The notes under the pieces are model-generated. The model was not told where the DNA came from, made no database searches, and saw nothing but the letters and a program-made list of their open reading frames with translations. Source: the human T2T-CHM13v2.0 reference genome, Homo sapiens. From it: a DNA stretch of 64,000 nt. The position numbers and the translations under genes were made by a program. Positions 49,832 through 63,485 of the stretch are shown in pieces (the stretch's first letter is position 1; every line of letters begins with the position of its first letter). The stretch is taken from assembly GCF_009914755.1 (NCBI RefSeq), contig NC_060937.1; one strand, given 5' to 3'.

Positions 49832-52800
49832 TCATGAACTTATGATGAAGTGTACTGATAAGAGATGTCAAATATTCTGCCACAAAGTGGGAAACTGATG
49901 GAATCTGTGAATCCCTTTCTGCGTTACCATTAACTCCTGAAATGTGGTACTACCAAGTCAGTTAAATTTAGATACAAGAATTCAGAAAGCAACTCCTGGC
50001 ACTTCAGTTGAACGCTACCATCCATCAAATGCTTCTTAAAAAAGACCTGCAAATCTGCTGTAAGCTTTCCATAGCCCACAAGTACGTAGGACAAAATCCT
50101 TTAGAATGACATTAACCATTGCACAATTATTGCGTTTTGTGAAAACAAATCAAAATACACAGTAACCAAAGTAAATCTGTATTTGATAGGCTTCTAAGCA
50201 CTTTAACAGATGAAAAGTAAAAAACAGGCTGTATGGAAGAAGATATTCCATAGATTAAAGCAGTCATTTAAGGCAAATGGCCCAGTGTATCTAGGGATGT
50301 GCTCCTGGGGTCAGTGAGTTCAGGATGTGGCTACCTCACAGTGTTCACACTTCTACTACTTGCAAACTCTAAGTCGTCAGAATCCTCAACTCAGAATCCC
50401 CAATGTCACCAACACGTTTGAATGGCCGCAAGACCACATGTATGCTATCCAGATTCCTTTGTTCAGTGATAGAAAACTGGCAACTGGAGTCCTAGAATGA
50501 ATGGGCATCCCTGGCACTCCTAGTGCTTGTAAACTGAAGATTGCTTTTCGCAACTGCAGCACCAAACTCTCCTCGGGACTGAGGAGTACATGTTTTCTAT
50601 TTATAGTCCCTCAGAATTAAATATGAAAAAGAAAAGGAAGTGATCAGATATTAAGTATTAAATTTCCCCAAGGGGAAATTCACATAAAAATAATCCCCAC
50701 CAGTGAATCAGCTAATCAGAGTACCAAAGAATGAGACAAAGAGAGAGAGAGAGAGAGAAGATTTTGATATTTAATATCTAAAAAAGAGGAATTGGAAATT
50801 GTCATTATAGGAAAAAATCAGAACTACATAGGTCTCCTTTACAATTATTCTTTGGGTTAAACTTTTTTCTTTGAATTAAATGTGGGCTGGGAATGAGGGG
50901 GAAGAACCATAATCTCTTCAGTGCTTATGACTTCTAAAGTGTTACAACCGTGTGCACACACATATACAATCCACCTTAATATTTATGCCTTTTATTTTAA
51001 ATTCTGAATTTAAATTTTATATTGGGAGTCGTTTTGATTCTTGAAAAATGCGTTTTGAGCTGATTAGAGCTTCCCAATTAAAACGGTACAACTGAATATA
51101 TTATATGGGCATGACATTTATAAGCAAATTCTATTTTTTCACATCATATTAACTTTAATACTGGATTGTTACACAGAACATGATATATTTTAAAATGAGA
51201 GTTAGTATTGTTCGATAATAGAATGACCAAGGCACAGAAGGCAGATTCTGCCTGACGAGGCTGATAACAAGACCCTTTATACATCCAACGTGAACAAAGC
51301 AGCAGCTCATCTCAGTAGCAGTCTGCTTTTCTTTTGTGAGCATAGTTTGAAACACATACATTAAAAACAGTATCAATTTTTATGCGGCTATGGTGGGGGG
51401 AGGAATCAGCATATCGTGTTAGCAATTTTCTGTGGAATCACATTAGTGTTTCATTGTGGTAGCCGTATCACATTAAAATCTGTTTTTCTACTAAATGGCT
51501 TCCATTGTGTATTTAGTGAATCTGATATGGAAAACTGCTAATGCAATAAGAGTATCATAGAAGCTTTTCCTGACTGTAATGCTCAGCCACAATGTTCAGG
51601 AGAAGGAGGCTCTCAACTGGGCTGAGGGGATTTCAGGCCTCTGAACTAGTCCTCAGCTCAGATTCAACACCAGCTTCTTGAAAGATGGACTTTATCCTAT
51701 GGGTGAAATGCTTTTACAGACTTTATTTCAGGAGGGACCATGGGTTCAGTGAAAAAATGTGTCATGTATTTGTTATTTATTGATAGAGTACTATAAAGGG
51801 CACTGTGGTCAGCATTCAGAGAATAAAAAAGGTAGATGAAACAGTCCCTTCCTTCCTGGATCTTGTAAGGATGGTCTGAGGGGAAGAAATAAATTAGTCT
51901 ATGAGTAACTTAATACAAAACAGGTAAGAGTTGAAAAGGCGAAGAGCCACAGGAGCTCGAAGGAGGACATACCTGGGACCAGGGTCATCACAGAAAGTCC
52001 CGTGAAGGCAGCGCCTGAACAGGGCATACAAGATGAAGAAGTCATATTTGAGGATCCTGTGGGAGGTGGGGAAGCTGGGAAGGCCTCAGCGTGGGGTAAA
52101 GGTGCACAGGAGAGGAAAGCCAGGGTATGCATGGAAACTAGCATTTGCTATTTTAACTGCAGCATAAAATAGGGAAAGACCGGGAAGATAAGCCTGGAAA
52201 AGTGGTCTTGGGTCAGCCTAACACAAAAGGAAGCCGACACCAAAGGAGAGCAGAATACAAGTCAGGCAAGTGCGGCCGAGGTGTCCGTCATGGTTTTGGG
52301 GTAGGAAGTGTCAGGATGAAGACCACCAAGCAAGAAGAACATCCAGTTTTCATGGGTATAATGACTCCTAATGCTAACAGATATCTTGAAATCCTAACAA
52401 CTTTAGTTGACACAAGTTTCTTAAGAGACAAAATTTACCGGAATATTTATTTTAAAAGGTTAGTTTATTACCAAGGGATAATTGTTTATTTTTTTAATGT
52501 CCTTACTTAGGACATGGACATTCACCAGGATAACATGAAACATTGTGAAAATGCTCACAGTATTGTTAAGTACTTATGCATTTACTGTTTGCATTTTTTT
52601 TTTTTTGCTTTAGAATAACTTTTCAACCCACTAGCAACAGTAACCAAGGAAATATAAATCCAACAGCCTAGAATTACAACTATTTGAGAAGATTCATGGT
52701 TTCAACGCACTGCTATATTTACTGTTTCATTCTGGACAGTTTCCCGTTTCTTTAACTCCTCTCTAAGTGTCCAAAACAATATACAGAAAGTCTGCACTAA

Positions 52801-54501
52801 GCTTCGTTAAAGCTTTAAAATTTAGCATAGTATGTCTGGCAAATCAGAAAAACCACATATTTGTCATAACCTTTACCTTCCCTAAAATCAGAGTACATCC
52901 TGTGGATAAGGATTATTTCCCACATATTAAAGCAGAACATGATGAAACTGCTGTCCTATTTATTACAGAGGGAATGTCAGATATAAAGTAGTTACCTTAA
53001 TCCTACGGTGCTCACTTACGAAACACCATCCCTCCAGTTTGGCAATGCATAGTGCACTCTCATTAATCAGAATTAAACTATTTGGAAAACATATTGAGTA
53101 TTTTCATATTGACATTGAATATTTTCATCTTTATGAAACAATTTCTGGACAGACTTTTTTCCCTCCAACTGACCACATGATTAGTAAAGATAGTGTACCA
53201 CTTGTTTATTACTTATGGATATCTTTAGTAATGTTTCATTTAAAAAACAAAACAAAACTCTTCTTTCTCATCCATGTCTTGGGCAATCACAGATGCAAGA
53301 GTTGACATCTGTGAATATTTTCTGATTACTTACTAACTAGGAATATATAAGTTAAAAAAATTTTTTAAAGGAGAAAAGCCAAATAGTTCATGTTGACTTT
53401 GAAAGACTGATGACAATGATGTGGCAATTCTAAAGTACTTAGAGGTTTAACCCAAAATTTGTTTACGTCTTTGATTTTTAGTAAACACTGCACTGATAAA
53501 CATGAGTTTGTTCAGATCAAGAGTATGTTGGCATTCTCTTAAGCATAGTTTGAAACCAGAGAGCTCAAGCATAAAACAGCTCTGACAAAGATAACCAGTC
53601 AAGCATAAAAATGGGAGTTGGTTGTGTCAGAATACATTAAGAGGCCGAAGGCTGTCTGGCAGACAGCTGTCTTGCCATCACTGAAGGTGACTATTACCAC
53701 TAAAAGTTGTTTTTCGGATACAGTACTTGAAATTGCTGTCATCTTGTATTTAAAATGCTCCTTATTTATAAAGCGTCACATCCTTTTCTTATCTGAAGCC
53801 TCCTTCTTGGATAACCACAAACCTAAAAGCAGTCTAAAATTGTGCTGATGCTTTCCTACAAGCACAGGGAAACTCTTATATTGAATCTTTGTCTATTTGG
53901 AGTTGAGAATGTCTTTGGCTTTTATTTTAAATGCCTTCTTAAATATAGATCACTATTTTTAAAATGTAAACATCCAAAGGCATTCCCTCACACTTGGAGG
54001 AATGCTAAGGCAGGAGACATGCTTGTAGTAGTCACATTTCACTTTCCCAGACGGGTGCCACAAACGTTCCGCTCAGTTACTGCTTAGGAGGCAGCATTAT
54101 TAAATGCCTCACGACTTAACGGTCAGCCTCCATGCTTCTTGCTAACCTACATTTCCAAAAGATCATCCGAGAAATCTGGCAAGCCACCGAAATGGTACTA
54201 GTAAACTGGATCCATCCAAAGCACTCCACAGTGCCCTGTGGGTGTGTTTCTCACTGTAAACTACTGGGTAAAGAATTTACATACAATTTTATCTCCAAAC
54301 TCGATTTGTATCCTTTGTAGGTTAGTTCTCAGGAGTACCCACTCCAGCCCAGAAATAAGTCAACGTAGTATTTCCAAACTATCACTTCAAATGTCCACGG
54401 TCAAGGGCAGGAGGAGGAAGGAATAGTAACGGGAAAACTTGTCAGCGATTAGCCATCCATAAAAATGTTCTCCCAGCGCTCCTCCTTCCGATCACAAAGC
54501 T

Positions 54502-54516
54502 GGCGTCAGGCAGTCT
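54502..54516 (+). promoter_or_regulatory. Candidate composite BMP-response element GGCGTC-N5-GTCT
   Basis: TGGCGTC-AGGCA-GTCT matches the established GRCGNC(N5)GTCT SMAD1/5-SMAD4 composite site exactly. Confidence 0.6.
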
Positions 54517-55310
54517 CCTGTATCTGCTTCCCACCTCGCCCCCTCCCCTCTGCGGAGAGCTGGCACCGAGGGGCGGGCCAAGGAAAAGACAAACACCCCG
54601 GCTCCGACACAGTCCAAGCGCGAGCCCGGAGACACTTCAACAACATTCCTAACTTTTTTTCTCAGTTCGCATGCCTCAAAGGTAAACAAAGCAAAAAGCC
54701 TACGAAACAGAAGGCAAGTGAGGCCAATTCGGCACTGGCGAGTTTAAAAGTGGCCCCCAAAGAGTCACAATGACGACCCCCGCCGCCCCCTCTGTCCGCT
54801 GTCCCCTATCTCCAGCTACAGCAAGCGACCCCTCAGGCGCCTATCCTGGTCCCTGCCCACGCCCCGGGCCCCAGCCCCGACCCGACCGCCGCCCCCGCCG
54901 CGGGTCGAACATCCCCTGACAGGTCCCGGGGCCCGCGGCGCGGGCGGATGCAGGCGCGAGGAAGGCGAGCTGCGCCGCGGCCAACTCCCCAGAGCAGTCC
55001 CCTCCGGCCCCGCGCCCACCCCACCCCACCCCATTCCACCCCAGACAGGCTCCACCAAAAAACCCGGGAACAACGACCGCCAAAAGCCAAGCCTCACGCC
55101 GAGGAGCCTCCCAGGCTGCCCCGAGGACGAACAACTTCGCCCTCCACTCAATGCGCTCACACGCACGCACACAAGCAGCGCGCGGCCGAGGAGGGCACGT
55201 CTTACCTGTCCCCGCCGTGCCACTCATCCCTCCCCCACCCAGGTCCGGCGCCCCCAACCCCGCCCCCGCCGTGGTCCCCCGGCCGCCCGCTCCGAGCGCC
55301 GCGCACTCAC

Positions 55311-55470
55311 TGCCTGGCTGCGCGCGCCCAGCGCCTGCAGGGCCCGGCGGCGGCGGCGGGGACCGAGACAGCGGCTGCAGCAGCGGCGGCGGCGGCGGCG
55401 GCGGCCCCAGCCGGCGTCAGTCAGACTGGAGCCGCGAAGCCTCATCGCCCGTATTAGTGCGCCGACCTGG
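55311..55470 (-). other. SMAD9: SMAD9 non-coding exon 1 (TSS approximate)
   Basis: Lies in the CpG island directly downstream of tandem GC boxes and contains GCC runs. Donor GCA|GTGAGT at 55310. The 5' end cannot be fixed from sequence alone. Confidence 0.75.
55345..55405 (-). repeat. GCC/CGG triplet runs in exon 1
   Basis: (CGG)5 at 55345-55359 and (GCG)7 at 55383-55403 on the plus strand. Confidence 0.95.
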
Positions 55471-57642
55471 AAAGCGGCCAGGGAGCCCTGCTTGCGGCCC
55501 GCCCCCGCCCCCGCCCCCGCCCGCCGCCGCGCGCTCTGGCCGCCCCGGGAGCCGCAGAGGAGGGGGCTGCGCGGGCCCGGCGGGGGGCGGGAGCGAGACC
55601 GGCCCCACGGCCACGTGCGCGGAAACTCGCGGCGCGGGGGTGGCGGGGTAGTACTCCTCGCAGCGGCCTGCGGCTCGGTTCCCGCCTCTTCCCCACCTCC
55701 AGCCCCGCGCTGCCCTCTCGGTCCCCCTGCGCGACCCCAGGCTCGGCCCCTGCCCGGCCTGCCGGGGTGGCCCGGGGGTGGGGTGGGAGCCCTTTGTCTG
55801 CGTGGGTCGCCTCGCGTCTCTCTCTCCCACCCCACCTCTGAGATTTCTTGCCAGCACCTGGAGCCCGAAACCAGAAGAGTTGTCAGCCCAACAAGAATAT
55901 AGGATCACCGGCCCATCAGTCTGGAGACCCTTCTGAGCTGCTGTTCCTCACATGTTTCTGGGCCCTGATAGTGACTCTCACTTGCCCTGTTTGTTCCTGA
56001 TTTGCTTTTCGGAGTAAGGGGATCCTGTCCCCATGGACAGTGACAGAGCAACTGGGCCGCAATGGCATAGGCAGAAGAAAATCTAATCACTCTGGGGGTG
56101 AGTGGTGGTTAAAACGACTCATGAAATTATGTGGATTGTAATTTCCTTACACATATTTATTTGCTTAACAACCCAGCATGTGAGATATATTATCTAATCT
56201 AATAAAAGATACAAACTTATGGGCACACAGCAATGTTACTGTACAACTTTCTCGTCTCACGGCCTGGCTGTCCCCCAGGTAGCCTGCCTCTTAAAGTCAC
56301 TGTGGACTCCTGGAACCCACTCAGAAACGCCACTTAGGAAGAACCACCTCTGATTCCCCATCAGCCCGTAGTTCCTCACAGAAAAGGCATTTGCTGCAGG
56401 GGTGAACGTGGAATAAAGCCACAGGGCAGTTTTCAGCTTGCTCCTGTGTGCAGGAAAGTCATACCTCCAGTTGGCCCCGATGGCGGCTCCGAAATGTAAA
56501 GCAAGGCCTTAAATTTAACTGCTTTTTCTAGTTCTCAAAGCACTGCACTTTCTTCATGGCAGATGCTATTTTTGCATTATTATACCGTTGTAGTTGAACG
56601 GTGATTTGTTTAAAACAACATTTGCAGCAGAACCTTAAATACCATGCCTTAACCTCAAAGTCTTCTTTCTACACTGGCCCAGATACCTCTGCACCCGGCT
56701 ATGTGTTGGGTTTGAGATTGTCCTGGGTGAGAAACACCAGGAAACAGCGGGACCGGTAAGGGCTACAGATTATATATTAAGGATTAGGCTGGATGTGGAC
56801 TTTATTGCCAGTAAACTAATTAGGTCCTCAGAATTGATACCTTGTGGCTCAAGTTTTTAAAAATTAAATTAAGAAAAGAAATGGCCCAATCACTATCTCA
56901 GTTTCCTTCTCGTATATGAGCATAATGCAGAGGACAAGATGCAGAGAAAGAAATTATAACCTCTGCAGCGCTGGCTCATGCTTCTGGCATGGAGTCTTTC
57001 TCAGTTCGCAGAATTCTCTTGACTCTTGGCAGGCCTTTGATTTAGAGTATGTCTAGTCTGCTCTTTTCTGTACGTTCTCATTTACATACCAGGATATTTC
57101 TGCACGATGATGACTTTTTCCTGCCTAAACATTAGTCTGTCACTGATATAATTCCTATCATGTATTCCTCAAGGCTAGTATAGAAAGTTAATCCATTACG
57201 CTCAAGAACAATAAGATCTGGTGAGTTCCAAGAAGGAGAAAATGCTTGGCCTAAGACAGAAGGCGCAGTGTTGACACTCCATTTTACAGAAGCTGACTGT
57301 CCTGGTTAAAGGAAAGCTAGACTTTGCTTTATCTTTCCCAGTGATTTCTTGATTGGCTGTGGTTTTACTGCTTAATAGAACTTCCACCAAAACATTCTGT
57401 TATGGGAATCATATGAAAGGAGAGACTCAGAGGTTGTGATTTGGTAGAACCGCCAGTGAAATTTTGGTTCAGGACCTCAAAACCACGGCAAAACTGAAAT
57501 CTGTTTTCTGAAAGATGATAAGGTCTTGGCCTAACACGAACTCCCTCAGGCTATAAAACAGTGGTAGGAAGGGCAGCTTCCTTACCCCAAGAGAGAGCCA
57601 ATTCTTTGCATTTGCCATATACCCAGCATAAAACCAGACTGT

Positions 57643-58901
57643 GGTCTTTGAAGCTGTTCCTGAAGTGACAGTGGAGAGAACCGGGCAGCCCAGAAACCCC
57701 AGGCAAGGAGATTGATCCTGCAAGAGAAGGGGGTTCATCATGGCGGATGACCTAAAGCGATTCATGTATCAAATGTTACAAAGTGTTGAAGGGCTCCATG
57801 CTATTGTTGTGTCAGAGTTGGAGTACCTGTTATTAAAGTGGCCATTGATAATGCTCCAGAGCATGCTTTGAGACCTGGTTTCTTACCTACTTTTGCCCTT
57901 GCAACAGACCACGGGAGCAAACTTGGACTTTCAAAAAATAAAAGTATCATCTGTTACTGTTACACCTACCTGGTGATTCAGTTAAATCATTTACCTTTGG
58001 TGGTGAGTTTCATAGCCAGCAGCAATGCCAATACAGAACTAATTGTCAGCCTAGAAAAGAAACTTACTCCATTATTTGAAGAATTGAGACAAGTTGTGGA
58101 AGTTTCTTAATCAGACAGTGGTTTCAATGTGTACCTTATCTTTATTATAACAACACAATATCGATCCAGCAATCTTTAGACCATAATACTTTTATCCATG
58201 TCCTCAAGAAAGGGCCTCTTTTTCCAACTTATACTGAAGAGCAAGCATATAGATAAAATTTATGGACGGATTGATTGTTATATTTTCTGGTGTAGGGTCT
58301 TTTCTTATTTAGTGAGATCGGGGGATACCACAAAAATAGTTCAGTCTGTCACAGCACCATATTTGGTGGAGTTAGTCCAGCCACCAAATATGGATGAGAT
58401 TCTATTCCGTGGATCAGAATCAAACTGGTACATTGATCCATTTGAGCCATTAAGTGCTCTCTATTGTACAATCTGCCCAGGCCTGCAGAATGAAGCAGAT
58501 TTTTTATTGCGAATAATAATGAGATATTTTTCTTCAGATTATGTTTTATTTCTTCTCATTGAGTGTGAGGAACATAAAATGGCTTAGTAAAAGCAATAAA
58601 ATCAGTACAGTCACTAGCTTTCCTTTGTACTTATTACTTTATGATATAGATGAATATTACTGATTGGTTTGATTCTTCTCAGAGGGTGCTGCTCTTTAAT
58701 GAAAATAAAAATTATAGCTAATGGTTTTTCCTCAAACTCTGCTTTCTATAACTAATCAGTGTTTTAATGTTTGTGTGTTCTTTATAAAATTTAAATGTAA
58801 TTGGTTACTGAATTCTGTTTCCAATATTAGTATTATGTAAACATGATAGTATAACCATTTTTTCATGTGAGTATACATAAAATAGTATTAAAAAATAAAA
58901 A
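57643..58901 (+). pseudogene. LAMTOR3P1: Processed pseudogene of LAMTOR3 (MP1)
   Basis: Intronless. ATG at 57740 gives MADDLKRFMYQMLQSVEGLHAIVVS, then a 4-nt deletion frameshift, then VAIDNAPEHALRPGF...PLFEELRQVVEVS* (stop at 58110). 5'UTR-like leader, long 3'UTR, A-rich tail at ~58890-58903, degenerate TSD aaaaccagactgt / aataacagattgt. The symbol is from memory. Confidence 0.92.
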
Positions 58902-60667
58902 AATAACAGATTGTAACAAAGTCTGTAGTCATCCATGGATGCAAAGATTCTGCTTTGTACGTCTCTTGTACCTTAAGTTTGAGCTAGCATGATAATGGTT
59001 CCACTCAGAGTAATAACTAGGAATCATAGCCTCCACACTCCTCCCACCTCAAGTCTCCTTTCTAAATTTTATCTGTAACTCTGTCCTGATGCTGCAGTTT
59101 TTCTGCCTCCCATTCGGACTTTCCTTGAAAGTCATCTTTCATTCCATAATCACTATTGAATGCTTTCCTAAGTACCAGGCACCCGAATTAACTATATGAA
59201 CACAGAGCACTGGCCCTTAGTAAAGGCAGCCTAAGAGAGAGATACATCTACCAACGATTATCACACAACTTTGTGTGTCACCGTAGGGGAGTGGGCACAG
59301 GGAGGTGTCAGGGAGGTCTTCACAGGGTCGAAATTTTAGCTCCAACTTGAGAGCATGAACACTTACTGTCCTGCACCCCCCTGGGCCTCCACCCTGCCTG
59401 AGTGGGTGCAGCCCTGCAGGTGTCAGCCTCACAGCAGAGTGCAGGCTGCACTTCAGCCCACTTGCCACCCTGGCCTGACACTCTAATGCAGGCCCAACTT
59501 GTTCAATCATGAAGGCAGAATGCCTACTATGTGCAGAACTCCCTGAGGCTTTGAGTAGAAAAGCCTCAGTTTTCCTAAGAGAATTGTCAAACTAGTTGGA
59601 TAGATAAGAAAAACAATGTTAACACAGCAGTTCATCACCAAATACATTCTAAAGGATTGAGACAAGAGAGCAATGGACCATCTTGACTCAGCAGTGAGGA
59701 TCAGATGCTGCCTCCATTGTGAGAGTCCCCCAACCGGGAACTGGACTGGCGCTTCCCACACCTCCTCTCATTTCCCTCTCATGACCTCTCACGGGAGAAT
59801 TATCATCTGCATTTTACGTTGAGGAACCTGAGGGACACACAGACTATCCCCTCCAGGCTGCCTTTCTCCAACGCCCAGGTTTTTACACCTCATTGTTGTC
59901 CTGGAACTTGAAGTGGAGTTGAAAAGTGATGAACATGGGCAGTGACATCCCAGGAAGAATAATCTACACAGGCTAGAAGGTGGAAGGGGCTGAGGGAGAA
60001 AAGTTTGTAGAGAGAAGAGGTAAGGAGACCAATTAGGAAGCCATTGCAACATTCTAGGCATGAGGTGATGGGCGTCTGTGGGATTCTAGAAAAGTGAGGA
60101 GGAGATGTATTTATGGACACTTTGAAGAAATAATCAATAAACTTTGGCAAAAAAAAAAAACTGGAGGAATCAAGGACCGAAGACGGGAGGAAATGCTACC
60201 TTTAGAAGAAATAGGTTAATAAGTACTATGAAGCAGGAAACTATGCTTTGGGGAAAAAAGATAAAAGAAAATCACCCTCCTCTTCCCACAATTGTTCCTA
60301 AAATGTATTTACCTTTTTCCACCTCAGAGCAGCATCACTACATGAAATTATATAAACTATGTATATGTTTGTTTTGACTGGCTCCTCTGTTAGAAGGCTG
60401 GTCTTGCTCACTACTTGTATCCCCACAGCCTGGAACAATGCCTGGCACATAGTAGGTGCTCAATAAATATTGGTCGAATGAATGAAATGTTTAGTATGTG
60501 GTGAAAAATATTCGGAAAGTAATTAGAAGACAGATGTGGCTTTGCCATTCTAAAGGGAGCGATTGCTATGCAGCTCCAGCCAGCTGTGGCCGTGTGAGAA
60601 TAAGAATATCCTTTCAAGAGATAACAGACATCCAGAATTTTATGGAAAATCTTACAACTTAAAATAG

Positions 60668-60941
<274 letters not shown>

Positions 60942-61514
60942 ACAACTTAAAATATTTTGCAACCCACCTGGGTTTTATGGTGAACCAAGTTTGGCTAACA
61001 ATTTGCAGCCTCTGGGTTTCACTTCTCTTAAGTCCATTTGGCATCTCTCTTTTTGTTCTATGAGAGAGAAACAATAACCAAGGTCATGAAATCAATCAAA
61101 TTAGAGCTTTTCGTCCTGGGAGAGAACAAACCCTTTCTCAAACCGACACAATATTTGGCCTTTCTTCCACCGTCAGACTTCACAAGGAGGGCTGATATTT
61201 GTTTCTTCTTCCTTGCCACCCCACCCTTCCTAATTTCACCAAATCTGGCTTTTGTCTTCCGCTGTGCACTGTTTGATTTCAGTGCTGTTCTAATATTCTT
61301 AGAGGTCACCGGTGACCTTTTAATCATTAATTCAGTGTTTTGTTGACTATCATTCTTTTTAAAAAAATTTTGAAACGCACCTTTATTATTTCAGTTAAAT
61401 TCATGTTACTATTGGAGTTAATCAGATTTATTCATTTATTTAAAAATGTGCTTAGTAATATGTTATTTGGAACCATTTTAGGGACTAGATGAGACTGACT
61501 TTTTTTTAATGTCT

Positions 61515-62464
<950 letters not shown>

Positions 62465-62472
62465 TAATGTCT

Positions 62473-63485
62473 TTAATTTTTTTAAATGTACAGTTCAGTA
62501 GTCTTAACTATTGTCTTGCAGCAACAGATCTCTAGAACTTTTTTATCTTGCAAAATTGAAACTCAATGCCTATTAATCACTAATGCCCTCTCCCCCGGTT
62601 AGAAACTACCTTTCTACTTTCTGTCTCTGTGATTTTTGACTGATTTGGATACTTCATATGAGTAGAGTCGTACAGTATTTGTCTTTTTGTGACCGGCTTA
62701 TTTCACTTAGCATAATGTCCTGGAGGTTTATCCATGCTGTAGCATGTGACAGGATTTCTTTATTTTTTTAAGGCTGTATAACATTCTGTTATTGCGTGTA
62801 TATACCATATTTTCTTTATCCATTCATCAGTGAACATTTGAGTTGCTTCTGCCTTGTGGCTGGTGTGAAAAAATGAACATGGGTGTGCAAGTATCTCTTT
62901 GAGATTCTGCTTTGAATTCTTTGGATATATATCCAGAAGTGGATTGTTGGAGCAAACAGTAATTCTGTTTTTAATTTTTTGAGAAAACGCTGTATTGTTG
63001 TCCACAATGGCTGCCACATTTTACACGCCCACCAACAGTGCACAAGGGTTCCAATTTCTCTACATCCTTGCCAACTCTTGTTATTTTGTGTTCTTTTGAC
63101 AGTGACCATCCTACAGGGTGCGAGAAGATGGCTCGTTGTGGCTTTGATTTGCATTTCTCTTATGAATAGTGGTGTTGAACATCTTTTCGCATGCCTGTTG
63201 GCATTTGTATACCTTCTTTAGAGAAATGTCTGTTCAAGTCCTTTGCCAATGTTTTATTCTGGTTGTAATTGTGGTTGTTGTTGATGTCCAGTTGTAGGAG
63301 TTTCTTATGTAATCTGAAGATGAACCCTTATCAGATATGTGATTTGCAAATATATTCTCCCGTTCTGTAGGTTGATTTTTTTATTCTGTTGAATGTTTCT
63401 TTTGATGCACAGACGTTTTTTAAGTTCGATGTTGTCCCATTTGTCTATTTTTGCTTTTATTGCTTGTGCTTTTGATGGCATATTT
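62473..63485 (-). mobile_element. L1 (L1MA-like) 3' region
   Basis: Reverse L1 3' end; the residual translation NNKSWQGCREIGTLVHCWWACK resembles the L1 ORF2 C-terminus. Confidence 0.88.

Larger units (their letters stand above)
54480..55900. promoter_or_regulatory. SMAD9: CpG island / SMAD9 promoter
   Basis: Abrupt switch to very GC- and CpG-rich sequence; tandem Sp/KLF GC boxes (GGGGCGGGG on the minus strand) at ~55497-55523. Confidence 0.93.

Noticed and set aside
54816-55908. Many overlapping 135-203 aa ORFs on both strands
   Set aside because: Low-complexity Arg/Gly/Pro/Ala translations are expected in a stop-poor CpG island. Only the spliced uORF from 55445 is kept as a lead.
62760-63221. 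ORFs resembling a protein C-terminus
   Set aside because: Decayed L1 ORF2/3' end.
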